In this document: positions 48,209 to 59,300 of the stretch, piece by piece
How positions within the stretch are numbered: the first letter of the stretch is position 1
Layout of the letters: the number at the start of each line of letters is the position of its first letter
Source: a virus
Lineage: Duplodnaviria; Caudoviricetes
Length of the DNA stretch: 64,000 nucleotides
IMG/VR virus record: IMGVR_UViG_3300037264_008235
Location: 1,466-65,465 of that record
Strand: one strand, 5' to 3'
Notes under the pieces: model-generated
What the model was told of the DNA's origin: nothing
The model's input: the letters and a program-made list of their open reading frames with translations, nothing else
The model's database searches: none
Made by a program: the position numbers and the translations under genes

Positions 48209-49743
48209 TCCGCCGCCCAGGCGAACGACCTCGTTCTGGACACGTTGCCCCCCCCGTAGGGCCAGCCGGTCCGGTCCTGGAGCTTGACGATCACCTTCGG
48301 GCCGGCGCCGGTCCGGTTCGCCCAGCAGAGCCGGTCCCGAAGGCAGACCAGCGCCCGGAGCCGGTCCTCCGCCTCCCCGGTGACCAGGAAGCGGGTCCAG
48401 AAGAGGTCCGCCCAGCCGAAGTTGCTGGTCGCGTCCGTCATCACCCCGAGGACGCCGGAGTAGCGGTACCGCTTCCGTCCGTCCTCGAGGACCGCGGAGT
48501 GGTAGTCGCCGTCGTGGACCCAGTTCGGGACCCCCGCCAGGACCTGGTAGGACGCGCCCGGCGCGATCCCGAGCGCCTCCCGGGGGTGGAGGAGGGCCCA
48601 TGGCGCCGGATCGCCCTCCGCGGCGTTCCCGGCGACCCCGGAGGGCCGGAGCTCGCCTCCACGGAGGATCGGGTTCCCGTCCCGGAGCGCCAGGTCCGTC
48701 TGGACGAGGACCCACCGCCGGATCAGCTCCCGGACGTCGCCCCGCCGGGAGACCACGTACAGGGGGAGCGCCCTCCGGCCGGAGTCCCCCACGTGCCAGG
48801 CGGAGGCCGCCCGGTGGGCCGCGTTGGGGTTCCCGAGGGCCCGCCCGCACTCGATCGGGTCCGACCCGGCCCAGCACGGGTAGAGCGCCCTCAGGAACGT
48901 CCCCGGCGCCCGCTGGGAGGTCGCCAGGGACGCGGCGACGAGGTCCTCCGCGCGTTCCAGGAGCGGGCGGTGGCCGGTCGCCAGGTAGGCCCACGTCAGG
49001 TTGTCCGCGCTGAACCAGAGCCGGCTGTGGGCGCCCTCGTAGAAGACGTTGGTCACCGCCATCGGCACGACCGGCGTCCGGTGCAGGAGGTCCAGCCCCC
49101 AGCCGAGCACGAACTTCCGCGCCTCGTCCCGCTCGTCCTCGGAGAACGGGACCGCCGGCTCGAGGACCGCCCGGGCGAACGGTTCCAGACACCAGTGCCG
49201 GAGGAGGTCCGTGTCCCTCGGGATCGGATCCGCCGCCAGCGTGGTCGCGTGGGAGTAGGGCCCCGCCTCCCCGGAGACCCGCGGCAGGCCGTCGGCGGCG
49301 CCACAGAACGTCTCGTTCCTGGCGACGTGGAGCGAGTGGGTCCGGACCCACCCGAGCGCGCGGTCCCGCTCCGGCCCGGCCGGCAGTTCCAGAGCCCAGT
49401 CGAGGAACCGGCCGCCGACCCCGTAGGCGGTCGCGCCGGCGAAGGCCGACTTCCAGCCGCGGACGCAGCCGCGGAGCTCCGCGGCGCGGAAGTCCGGCCC
49501 GTCGACGTCGGCCAGGAACGCGCGCCACGCCTTGTCCCGCTCCGCCCGCAGCCAGGGCCAGTCGAGGTCCGCGTCGGCGCTCGCCGCCGGCGGCGGGATA
49601 TCGAGCGCGGTCGCCAGGCGCCCCGCCGCGGCGCGGCCGTCCTCGATCTCCTCCGGAGAGAGGGAGACGGGCGGCGCCGCCGCCTGCATGGGGGTCGGGG
49701 ACGAGCAGGAGAGGAGGAGGAGGAGGGCCGCCGCGCGCCGCAC
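48166..49743 (-). CDS. Large putative lipoprotein of unknown function
   Basis: MRRAAALLLLLSC lipobox-like; helical, W/Y-rich. Confidence 0.55.
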   Translation of the reverse strand: MRRAAALLLLLSCSSPTPMQAAAPPVSLSPEEIEDGRAAAGRLATALDIPPPAASADADLDWPWLRAERDKAWRAFLADVDGPDFRAAELRGCVRGWKSAFAGATAYGVGGRFLDWALELPAGPERDRALGWVRTHSLHVARNETFCGAADGLPRVSGEAGPYSHATTLAADPIPRDTDLLRHWCLEPFARAVLEPAVPFSEDERDEARKFVLGWGLDLLHRTPVVPMAVTNVFYEGAHSRLWFSADNLTWAYLATGHRPLLERAEDLVAASLATSQRAPGTFLRALYPCWAGSDPIECGRALGNPNAAHRAASAWHVGDSGRRALPLYVVSRRGDVRELIRRWVLVQTDLALRDGNPILRGGELRPSGVAGNAAEGDPAPWALLHPREALGIAPGASYQVLAGVPNWVHDGDYHSAVLEDGRKRYRYSGVLGVMTDATSNFGWADLFWTRFLVTGEAEDRLRALVCLRDRLCWANRTGAGPKVIVKLQDRTGWPYGGGNVSRTRSFAWAAECGSLIPWSPGGAR

Positions 49744-49744
49744 G

Positions 49745-50250
49745 TCAGGACACCTCGACGTGGACGTGCTTCCGCGCGCCGTTGTGCACGACGGACCCGA
49801 CGAGGCGGGCGGCTTCCGGAACCAGGCCGGTCGGGAGCGCGACGTGGACGCGCGCGCTCACCACGCTCTGGGACTTCGTCGGGCTGCTCGTGACCAGCAC
49901 GAGCTCCGGCCCGTCCGCGATCGCGGAGAAGTCCGTCCCGTACGGGACCTGGAGGACGACGGACCCGACGGGGGGCAGGATCGTTTCGGAGACGAGTCTT
50001 TCCACGCGGGCTTTCCTCCTCACAGGGCGAGCTTGACGCCCGCCTTCACCACGGCGCCGAGGACCGCCGCGAACACGGCTACCGCCTCGGCCCCGACCGT
50101 GCGCTGCGCGAGCGCCTGGGCCACGTCGCGGACCGCCGCGTCCACGACCTCCGGCTTCACGAGCGCGGTCGCCTTCTCGATCGCGACCACGTCCTCCGGC
50201 GTCAGCTCGCCGGAGAGTTTCGACAGGACCTCGTCCGGCAGCACTCCCAC
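49745..50250 (-). CDS. Two hypothetical proteins (49745-50023, 50020-50250)
   Basis: Coupled ORFs. Confidence 0.45.
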
Positions 50251-50372
50251 GTCAACCTCTCTTCCAGTTGACGACCCGCCAGGCCAGCGCCAGCGCGAGG
50301 CCGGCGACCAGCCAGAACACGAACGTGTTCCAGACCGCTTCCAAGGACATCATGTTCGGAACCGCGAGCACG

Positions 50373-50723
50373 TCACGGCCCTCCCTTCTTCTCAGCGAGC
50401 TTGGTCACGAGGTCCACGATCGACCCGATCTGCGCCTCCGTCACGACCGGCGGCGCGTCGATCGCGCGCGCCGTCGCCTCGTGGAGCCGCACGTAGTCGC
50501 CCCACCGCTCCCGGATGATCACGGCCGCCATGAGGATCGCCTCTCCCGCGCCCGGCTTGGTCCGGTCCATCCGGCCGAGCAGCTCCTCGCAGATCAGCTT
50601 GAGCTCCTCCGCCTTCCGGGCCTCGAGCGCGTGGCTCTGCTTCGTGGCCGGCGCGACCGACTGGAACGCCGCGCAGGACGGGAGGAGGAGCGCGAGCAGC
50701 GCGAGGCGCGCCGCGGGCCTCAC
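50373..50723 (-). CDS. Small lipoprotein (spanin candidate)
   Basis: LALLALLLPSC lipobox followed by helical region. Confidence 0.5.
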   Translation of the reverse strand: MRPAARLALLALLLPSCAAFQSVAPATKQSHALEARKAEELKLICEELLGRMDRTKPGAGEAILMAAVIIRERWGDYVRLHEATARAIDAPPVVTEAQIGSIVDLVTKLAEKKGGP

Positions 50724-51103
50724 GGCTTCACCGCCGGCAGCGCGATCACGAGGCCGCCGTCCTGGCCGCGGACGAGCACTCGCCCGTCGGGCAGCGTAAG
50801 CGGCAGGTCCACGACGTCGCGCGGCGGCCGCGTCGGCGGCATGGGGATCCGGACCGTTGACGGCGGCAGGGAAGCCTCGGGGTCCGGATCTCTCGCGGCC
50901 CCGTTCCCGTTCCCGCTCCGGATCTCCGCCTTCTTCAGGCTCGTCCGGTTGAAGCTGTAGAGGCCGGCGAGTCCGACCGCCGCGGCCGCGCACACCGCCC
51001 CGAGCTTCTTGTCCGGGAACACGTCGCCCACGGCCGTGAGGACCACCACGATCATCGCCGCGACGACCCCGAAGAACTCCGACGTAACGAATCCCTTGGT
51101 CAC
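50720..51103 (-). CDS. Holin-like two-TM protein
   Basis: KGFVTSEFF start, two TM helices, Y...R...K tail. Confidence 0.55.
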   Translation of the reverse strand: MTKGFVTSEFFGVVAAMIVVVLTAVGDVFPDKKLGAVCAAAAVGLAGLYSFNRTSLKKAEIRSGNGNGAARDPDPEASLPPSTVRIPMPPTRPPRDVVDLPLTLPDGRVLVRGQDGGLVIALPAVKP

Positions 51104-51154
51104 GCTTCACCTCTTGATTGCTGTCCGCCGCCAGCTCGACCCCGCGCGCGTCGT

Positions 51155-51686
51155 TCACGGTTTCCGCGCGTCGCCTCCGTTCTTCCGCAAGTAGAGCATC
51201 CAGTAGCCGGTCAGGGCCAGAGCCGCGATGATCAACGGATAGGCCGAGACCGCCGCCTCGAACTCGATGTGCGTGCCTCGCCAGATCGCCCGCGTAATCA
51301 TGAGTTCGCGCAGCATGGCCACGCCGCAGGCGCACCAGATCAGCCACCAGCCGGTCGCGCGCTCCCGACGCGCGATCAGGAAGACGACGTGAACCAGTGC
51401 GAGATACAGGATCGTCGCCGGAACGTGCTCGACCAGGCCGACCGCCATTTCACTTCCTCCTCATCTCTTCCAGGGCACGCTGCATCAGCTCGTTCGCCTT
51501 CGTCTGAATGCCGACCCACTGGAGGATTGTGTCGTTGACCCGCGCCTGACTGAACCAGAGCAGGACGAACAAGCCGGAGATGACGAGCATGCCGGCGACG
51601 AGAACCGGCCCGCCCCGGCCCACGGACCCGATGGCGTCGCGGGCGAGTCCCACGGGCCCAGTCTCTTTCGACCCGCCGTCCTTCAC
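51155..51686 (-). CDS. Two membrane proteins (51155-51448 ~3 TM; 51450-51686 1 TM)
   Basis: Hydrophobic helices. Confidence 0.5.
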
Positions 51687-52168
51687 TACGCGGCCTCCGC
51701 CGCCCAGAGCCGGAGCTCGAGGTCCACCAAGGGGAACGGCTGGCCGGAAGAGACCACGCGCGCGGACCCGAGGTCCCACCAGGCCCAGACCTCCCGGCTC
51801 CCGACGGTCCCGTTCGCGTCGGTCATCACGACGTAGCGCGCCCCGACGGAGTCGAGCGGGATCGGGCCCCCGGACGCCGTCCAGACCACGTCGCGGATCA
51901 TGATCCGGGCGCGGTCGAGCGCGTCGTCCTCCGTGAGCGTGTCGAACCCGGTCGCGTCGCGCGTGACCGTCCCCTCCGCCCCGCCGCCTGAGGTGTAGCC
52001 GTTCCCGGCCGTGACCTCGGTCAGGTCGCTCATCAGATTCGTGTCCGCCGAGGGGACGCTCGAGGCCCGGATCAGCGCCAGGCGGAAGGTCGCCGGGAAC
52101 GCGACCCCGCGCGCCATCGCCTCCAGGAGCCGGTAGACGCCGCGGTTCGTCCAGCCAGTGACGTTCAA
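51686..52168 (-). CDS. Putative virion structural protein
   Basis: FRLAL...DLTEVTAGNGYTSGG...VVWTASGGPI..ARY pattern common in tail regions. Confidence 0.55.
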   Translation of the reverse strand: MNVTGWTNRGVYRLLEAMARGVAFPATFRLALIRASSVPSADTNLMSDLTEVTAGNGYTSGGGAEGTVTRDATGFDTLTEDDALDRARIMIRDVVWTASGGPIPLDSVGARYVVMTDANGTVGSREVWAWWDLGSARVVSSGQPFPLVDLELRLWAAEAA

Positions 52169-52178
52169 GGTTTCCCTC

Positions 52179-53011
52179 CTACCCTCCAGCCTCCGGAGCC
52201 GGCGGCGGTTCCGCGGGCGGCTGACTCTCCGGCGCTCCGGCCGGCTGGTCGACTGCCGGCGGCGCCGGCGGTTCCGCGGCGGGAGCCGGCGCCGCCGGCG
52301 CCCCGTTCCTGCCCCGGCCGCCCATCAGCGCGCGCAGCGACGGCGCGCCCGGCTCCTCGAGCCGCTCGAACCGCATCACGCCGCGGTCCTCGTCGAACCC
52401 GGCGAACGCGACCGGCTCCGTGATCCCGAGCTCCGCGTAGAGGCCGAGCAGCTCCGCGCTCAGGCGCGACGCGCGGTCGAGGAGCGGCCGCGCCGCCTCG
52501 ACCTGCGGGGAGATCCGGACCAACTCCTGCCCCTTCGCGTTCACCTTCCAGACCGTCAGCTCGTTCTCGTCGTTGATCTCGATCTCGATCAGCCGGGACC
52601 GCGCCTTCTCCGTCTTCGCCATAGGACCGCTCGCCTCCGTGTTTGCCGAGGACCTCCGCTCCGGAACGTCCGGAACTGACCGCCGATGATCGTCGCACCC
52701 GGCTCGCGCGGTCGCAAGGAGAACCAGGTCCAGAATCACGGCTCGACGTAGATGTTAAACTTGTTCCGGCTCTTGAGCAGCGTCGGCGATTTCGCGTACT
52801 GCAGGTGGCAGAGGTATTGCCCAACCGCGAAGTTGTCGGCCAGGATGACCAGCGAGCACACCCCGTCCGCGCCGTTGGTCAGGACGAAGGAGGCGGTCGC
52901 GTTCCCCGGCACGAAGAGCGTGACGGTCGCTCCGCTGAGAGGCGCCGGCGCCCCGTCGATGTTGACGTTGAAGACGAGAGTCAGGTTGCGTTCGACGACG
53001 CTGAATCTCAT
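52179..53011 (-). CDS. Two proteins (52179-52622 hypothetical; 52736-53011 BppU/Ig-like)
   Basis: PLSGATVTL...DGVC..GQY pattern in the second. Confidence 0.4.
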
Positions 53012-54492
53012 GCGAGCCTCTGAGTGGTTTGGATCGTGACCAGGAACGGGACGGTCTCATAGTGTCTGGACAGAAGACTCGCCTCGATGCTGACGGTCGA
53101 CCGGAACGCCACTTCCTCGTAGAGGAAGACCGGCGCTCCGGTGCTGGAGGTGCCCTGCGCGCTCAGCGAGACCGCGCCCAGGGCGCGCTGGAGGACGCCG
53201 AGCACTGGGACGGCCCCCTGCGCCGCGCACTGAAGGGAACCCAGGACGGAGTCGGAGACGCCGGCGACGCGCGCCTGGGCGATCGAGGAGAGCGCGAGCC
53301 CCCCCAGAGTCCGAGCCAGATTCCCCGAAACGTCCACCTTGGCCGAGGCCGCTCCCGCGAGCGCGCCGAGGGTCGCCGACAGTTGCCCGTTGACCCCGCC
53401 CCCTACGGTGCCGGCGGCGACCAGCGCCAGCGGGCCGAGCGTGCGCGACGAGCTGCCGGCGACGGCGACGGTTCCGGTCGCCTGAGCGGAGAGGACCCCG
53501 AGCGTCCTCGAGGCGGACCCGGTCACGTCCACCGCCGCGGAGGCGCTCGCGGTCAGCGCGCCGAGGGTCCGAGCTGCCGTCCCCTTGACCTCGACCGTCC
53601 CGGCCGCCGCGCTCGTCAGGACGCCCAGGGTCCGAGCGACCGCCCCCTCGACCTCGACCGTCCCGGCCGCCGAGCTCGTCAGGACGCCGAGGGTCCGAGC
53701 GACCGCCCCGGACACGTCCACCTTCCCGGTCGCGCTCGAGGTCAGGGTCCCGAGCGTCTTGTCCAGCGCGCCGTTGATCCCCCCGGACTCGACCGTCCCG
53801 TCCGCGTCCAGCGTCAGCGCACCGAGCGTCCTCGAGACCGTTCCCTGGACATCCGCCTTCGCGTCCGCGTCCAACGTCGTGGCGCCCAGCGTCCGCGCCG
53901 TCGAGCCCTGAACGTCCACCTTGCCCGTCGCCGCGCCGGTGAGGCTGCCCAGCGTCTTCGAGAGGGCTCCGTCGATCGGGGCGTCGTAGGTGGCCTGGAC
54001 GATGATCGACGAGAACGTGGTCGACGGGTTCACGTCCGACCCGCGAACGCCGAAGGCGGTCAGCCCGTTCGTCCCGGTCCCGTTGACCTCGTCGACCGTC
54101 CAGGCCGCCGCCGACTTCGGGTTCGTCGCGTAGTTGTCCGTCCGGAGCGCGATGTTCGCGTTGCCGTTCCCCGGATTGTGCGTGGCCGCGTCGCGCCCGG
54201 TCGCGTCGTTGCAGCGGATGCGCGCGGAGACGGCGGCGCTCTGCGAGCCGTTCTTGAAGTCGTAGTAGATCACCTGGACCGAGAGGTTCGCGGAGCCGGC
54301 GGGGACCGTGAAGACGCTGAAGCCGAACAGCCCCTCGCCGGCCGTGGTCGTCCCGTGCGTCAGTCCGTCGGCGATCGGGTTCCCGCTGTCCGGGTGATCG
54401 TCGACGGACTGGAAGCGCACCCCGGCCGAGCCCGTCCACGTGCCCGTGAAGGACACGTCGCTGGTCGGGTTCCTCGTCTGGGTGCTCGCCAT
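53008..54492 (-). CDS. Tail fibre-like protein with 20-aa tandem repeats
   Basis: About 13 repeats of G.xxRTLGxLTxxAxGxVxV. Confidence 0.6.
   Translation of the reverse strand: MASTQTRNPTSDVSFTGTWTGSAGVRFQSVDDHPDSGNPIADGLTHGTTTAGEGLFGFSVFTVPAGSANLSVQVIYYDFKNGSQSAAVSARIRCNDATGRDAATHNPGNGNANIALRTDNYATNPKSAAAWTVDEVNGTGTNGLTAFGVRGSDVNPSTTFSSIIVQATYDAPIDGALSKTLGSLTGAATGKVDVQGSTARTLGATTLDADAKADVQGTVSRTLGALTLDADGTVESGGINGALDKTLGTLTSSATGKVDVSGAVARTLGVLTSSAAGTVEVEGAVARTLGVLTSAAAGTVEVKGTAARTLGALTASASAAVDVTGSASRTLGVLSAQATGTVAVAGSSSRTLGPLALVAAGTVGGGVNGQLSATLGALAGAASAKVDVSGNLARTLGGLALSSIAQARVAGVSDSVLGSLQCAAQGAVPVLGVLQRALGAVSLSAQGTSSTGAPVFLYEEVAFRSTVSIEASLLSRHYETVPFLVTIQTTQRLA
53160..53975. repeat. 60-bp coding tandem repeat
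   Basis: Near-identical adjacent units around 53580-53710. Confidence 0.75.
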
Positions 54493-54507
54493 CGGAAGAG
54501 CTCCGCG

Positions 54508-54915
54508 CTACGGGTTGGCGTCCGTGAGGGTGAAGGCGGTGACCGTGACCTGCTGGCCGGTCGCGATCGACGTGTTGTCCAGCTCCAAGTCGCCGCCGCC
54601 GCCGGTCGCCGTCACCGTCCCCTGGAGGTGGCACGTAGTGGCGGCGGTGTCGTAGAGCCGGAAGTGCGCCGCGGTGCCGGTCGCGTCCGCGGTCGCGTCC
54701 TGCCACGTTCCGGTCTTGGCCTTCGCGCCGCTCGCGGCCGCGGCCATGTAGTCCGACGGCAGGTTGAGCGTCGCGAGCACGGTCCCGGTGTCCGCCGCGG
54801 CGCAGTCGGCCGGCGCGGCGCCCGTGCGGATCTTCAGCACCGCGGACGTGCCGATCGTCGTTTCGATCTGGTCCAGCCGCGCGTTCCTTACCGAGGTGGA
54901 GAGTTGTAGGGCCAT
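54508..54915 (-). CDS. Conserved phage structural protein
   Basis: RNARLD..LKIRTG..P..LATL..ADATGTAAHFRL..QGTVT..GGDL. Confidence 0.6.
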   Translation of the reverse strand: MALQLSTSVRNARLDQIETTIGTSAVLKIRTGAAPADCAAADTGTVLATLNLPSDYMAAAASGAKAKTGTWQDATADATGTAAHFRLYDTAATTCHLQGTVTATGGGGDLELDNTSIATGQQVTVTAFTLTDANP

Positions 54916-54933
54916 TGGTCGTCGCGTCCCTTC

Positions 54934-55986
54934 TTAGACGATTGCCAGGAGGATCGAGTAGACCGACCCGCCAGAGTCCTTGTAGCTGAAGTAGTGGAAG
55001 CCGGTAGAGGTGTTGACGTACTGCGCGGCCTCTCCGGTCGCGAAGAGGGACGCCTGAGAGTTGGGCAGTCCGGCGGCCGAGATCGTACGCGGCAACAGAG
55101 CGCCGGGGGTGCTGGACGCCTGGCCCTTGACGACGACGACCGTCCCGACCTGAACGTCCCCCGTGTCGAACCGGTGCCGCGCGCCGAGCTGGTCGTTGTT
55201 CCCGCCCGTGTAGACGGAGTACCCGGACACGCCGAACCCCCAGGTCTCCGCCCCGATCGTCCCGACCATCAGCCCGGCCGCCGTCGCGAAGTAGCTGTCC
55301 GAGACCACGCTGTTCCCGGCGAGCACGTTGGCGGCCGAGTAGAGCTTCCGGACGCCGACCGGCAAGCCGGCGCCCGCGCTGGTCGCGCCGGAGAAGTCCG
55401 TGTCGACGACCAGCACCTTCGCGAACTCCAGCGCGCTCGACGCGTTGCGTTTGAGGACCGTGCTCGCGGTCGCCGCGACGATGTCCGCGTAGGCCGCGCC
55501 GGAGCTGCCGGCCACGCCCAGGACCGAGAGCGCCGTCCCGTTCGCGATCTTCGCCAGCGTCACGTTCGAGTTGAGTATCTTGTCCGTCGTGACCGCGTCG
55601 CTGGCGAGGCCGGCCGCGGCCACCGTCCCCCAGCCGATCACGCTCCCGCTCTCCCGGAACACCGCCCCGGAGTCCGCGGAGGCCGCCAGGTCCGCGAGCG
55701 CGCCGGGGCTGTTCGCGCTCCGGGCGACGACCGAGAGCGCGCTCCCGTCCGTCAGGCCCGCGCGCGGGATGCGGGCGCCCATGCCGGCGCCGCCCGTGTG
55801 GTCGTGGACGCTGACGTCGACGTTGTCGATCCGGACCCCGGCCACGGCCGCGATCGGACCGGCGAGTATCATCTGCGTGTTGACCTGAACGACGTCCGCC
55901 ACGAGCTGGTGGACGGTCAGGAGGTCGAGGTCCACGTCGACGTTCCTCGGGTTCGGGAACCCCATCAGCCCGCGGTTGCCCGCCAC
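54934..55986 (-). CDS. Tail fibre / receptor-binding protein
   Basis: HDHTGG; LASDAVTTDKILNSNVTLAKI beta-helix-like repeats. Confidence 0.55.
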   Translation of the reverse strand: MAGNRGLMGFPNPRNVDVDLDLLTVHQLVADVVQVNTQMILAGPIAAVAGVRIDNVDVSVHDHTGGAGMGARIPRAGLTDGSALSVVARSANSPGALADLAASADSGAVFRESGSVIGWGTVAAAGLASDAVTTDKILNSNVTLAKIANGTALSVLGVAGSSGAAYADIVAATASTVLKRNASSALEFAKVLVVDTDFSGATSAGAGLPVGVRKLYSAANVLAGNSVVSDSYFATAAGLMVGTIGAETWGFGVSGYSVYTGGNNDQLGARHRFDTGDVQVGTVVVVKGQASSTPGALLPRTISAAGLPNSQASLFATGEAAQYVNTSTGFHYFSYKDSGGSVYSILLAIV

Positions 55987-55988
55987 GG

Positions 55989-56378
55989 TCAGAAGTCCCC
56001 GCCGTGGACGAAGACGTTGAAGGTCTCCGCGTTGTGGGTCGAAGCCCGGAGCGAGTAGCCAGTCGGGAGTACCAGCGGCTCGGTCGGGACGAACTCGGTT
56101 GAGAAGGCAGCGACCGTCGTCGAGGGCGTGGTCGCCGCGACGAGCAGTTCTTTCCAGAGCCGCGCGTTGGTGCCGTTGTGGATGAAGAGCCGGACGACCC
56201 CGTCCGTCGTCGTCCCGGTCGCCTGGACGCGGACGTACTCGATCCGCCCGCCGTCGGAGCCCGGCGTGTAGATGGTCGCGATCGTGCCGGTCCCGTCCCG
56301 GTCCGGATTCGCGACTGAGACCTGGCCGACCGCGGCCACGGGCGTCAGGGTGAAGATCGGGGTCGTGTTAGGGGGCAT
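55989..56378 (-). CDS. Tail-associated beta-sandwich protein
   Basis: ATG at 56378: MPPNTTPIF...GVVRLF...LVLPTGYSLRA...GGDF. Confidence 0.55.
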   Translation of the reverse strand: MPPNTTPIFTLTPVAAVGQVSVANPDRDGTGTIATIYTPGSDGGRIEYVRVQATGTTTDGVVRLFIHNGTNARLWKELLVAATTPSTTVAAFSTEFVPTEPLVLPTGYSLRASTHNAETFNVFVHGGDF

Positions 56379-59300
56379 CAGACGAACCTTTCCATGGAGA
56401 GGAGCCTCGTGGTCGGGGTGAGCGCGGCGACGCGCCCGAGGAGGGACGCGGGATTGCTCGCGGCGATCTCCTCCCGAAGCATGGTCTGCGTCCGGTCCGG
56501 GTCGAGCGTGATGAGCGGGAAGTCCGGATGGAGCCCCTCGCCCGAGTCGATCGCGGGGTAGAGGCCCACCGCGTTGGCGATCATCCAACCGACGACCGGG
56601 TGGAAGAAGACCGCGCCGAGGTTCCCGGTGACCAGGTTCTCGGGGTAGCCGACGCCGTTCCCGAGGCTCGCGCCGTTGATGCTGACCGTGTTCGCTGGGA
56701 TGCCCAGGGGCGCGTAGGCGTCCGACGGCGTGGGCCAGTCGAGCGGGTCGATCGGCCCCCCGTGGATGCCCGGGTCCGCGAGGTACTGGAGCCAGGTCAG
56801 GTGCGTCGCGGGGTTGAAGCTGGGCGGCCAGAGGCGGTTGCCGGGGCCGCGGGTGAGGTCCCCGATGATCGCCCGGGGCCAATAGATGCACCCGGTAAGC
56901 TCGGTGTAGGACCCCTGCGCGAGAGGATCAGTGTTCCCGCTGATGTTGTCCGGGAAGACGGGTTGCTGCGGGTGCCGCCCGGTGAAGTTGGAGCCGTCAC
57001 CGCTCAGGGGTGTCGCGGTGCCGTCCCTGGTCGTCGAGACCTTGAACTCCGTCGAGGAAAACCCGTCGGCGATGACGTAGTACTTCGCCCCGCTGGTGAT
57101 CCCGCCAGGGATGGAACCGCTTCCGTCCGTGAATCGGACCGGCTCGCCGACGACGAGACCGTGCGCCCCGCCTCCGTCCTTGGTGAAAACCTCGGTGTCT
57201 GCCTCAGCGTCCAGCGTGATCGTGCCAGTTGCTGGCCGAATCGTGTTCGACTCCGGGTCGAGTTCGCCGCGGAGCTTGACCGCCTGCTTCTTGTTCCGCA
57301 GGAACTCAGCGACGTAGGGGTCCGGTGCGGGGCGTTCCTCGTCCCAGCGGACGATCGCCATGATCGAAGGGTGGCCCTGGATGTCGTAGGTGACAGCCGA
57401 CACCCGAGCATCCACCCCCAGGACCACGTCTTCGAGCGCCTCGACGTCGATGATCGGCACGTCGGCGGTCGGCCCAGATCCCTCGTTGAGATTACTCAGA
57501 GCCGACTCGGCGGAGTCGGCAGGGGCGTCCGGACCCTTCTCCGCGTCCTGCTTGCCTTGGACCGCTTCGAGCTTGCTCCAGAGCGCTGCGAGGCCGGAGC
57601 CGATCGCCGATAGACCGTTCTGGACCTTGTTGTTGAGCGCGTCGATTTGCGCCTGCAACCCGCTTGGATCGAACTGGGTGGCGTTCTGGCTGCGTCCACC
57701 GAACGCCCCTCCACCATTCGGCCCGTTGAGCCCCCCGCCGAGCGCCCCGCCGCCGCCGACCGCGCCGCCGACCGCGCGCGCGCCCGCGAGGCACCGCTCG
57801 CGGTCGTTCATCTTCTTCACGACGCGCTCGAGCGCGGCCGCCTTCTGCCGCTGCCGGACGTCCGCCACCGCGCGGTCGAACGCGCCGCCCGTCCCGCTCC
57901 GGTCCGTGGACAGAGTCACGGACGTCTGGTTGGCGGCGAAGTCGTAGACCTCCCGCGTGTGCTGGGCGCGCTCGACGATCACCTTCCCGCCCGAGTGGAG
58001 GTCCACGCACGCCTGGACGCACGGCTCGGCCGCGTAGGCGGGCGCCGGCAACGGCGGCGGCGCGGTCAGGAAGACCAGCCAGTCGAAGCGGAGCCCGCGC
58101 AGGACCAGCTCGCCCGCGTAGCGGACGTCCTTGTACTGCTCGAGGATCTCCTTCGCGTGGTTGCGCGCGGACGCCACGAACTCCGGGTGCTTGAATCCCT
58201 GCGGGTTCGCCGGAGTGGCCGGATCGCCCCGCTCCATCGACTCCTCGTTGATCGCGTCCAGGTAGACGAGGAGCTCGCGCTCGATCCCGAGCCGGCTGTA
58301 GGCGGTCGAGGTCGCCTGGCCCGCGTACCCGAGGTGGACCTCCGCGGAGACGGAGACGGACGGGCTGGAGACGGTCAGGTTGACCGGGTTCCCGCCGCGC
58401 GCGAGCGCGATCTTGAACGCGGTCGCCGTGAAGCCGGAGCTCGCGACGTAGTAGCGGCTGCCCAGCGTCACGCCACCTGGGACGCTCCCGTAGAGCCGGA
58501 CCGGCTGGCCCGCGAACAGTCCGTGGGCGCCGCCCCCGACCTTGACGAACGTGTCGGTCGACGCCAGCGCCGCGGCCGAGAACTCGACGTTCTCCGGGAA
58601 GCGGACGGAGAGCGTCCCGCCCGTCTTCGTGCAGAAGCGGAGCTCCTGGACGGGGTTCACGATCGCGGAGCCCGGCGTCGCGCAGCTCGCCCCGACGTAG
58701 GCGGGCGAGAGCAGCGAGACCAGGTCGAGCGTGACGTTCTGGCCCCCGACGATCCGCGTCTCCCGCACGACGTCCCAGTCGGCCGGGATCATCTGCGCGG
58801 TCGGCGAGCCGCTCGGCCCGAGGAGCTGCTGGACGAGGTAGGCCGCGTCGCAGCACGAGTCGAAGACGTGGGAGAGGGAGACCGGCGGGTACTTCCACGG
58901 CGCCGCCGGGGAGACCGGCGGCAGCGACGTGTCGACCACGAGGTAGGTCCGGAACACGTCCACCGCGGAGCCCCCGGCCGCGGGCGGCCGCGCGGTCACG
59001 GTGATCCGGTGAAGATTCCGGACCTGGAGCGCGGCCCAGCCGGTCGGCCCGCCGCCGTTGATGACGGCCGGCGGCGCCGGCGTGCCCGCCGCCAGGTTGA
59101 GCGTGTCCCGGAAGCTGGTCGCGACGTCCGCCTCCCAGACGGTCGGCGGGCCGACGATCGGGGGGGTCTTGAAGACGTTGAACTCGACCTTCACGCGCCC
59201 GCCGCTCCACCAGAGCGGCTGCCAGGCGAGGGAGCCGATCTGGATGAACGGCTGGTTCGGCCCGCCGCCGTTGACCGAAGTCCCCGTCCAGGTCGAGACC

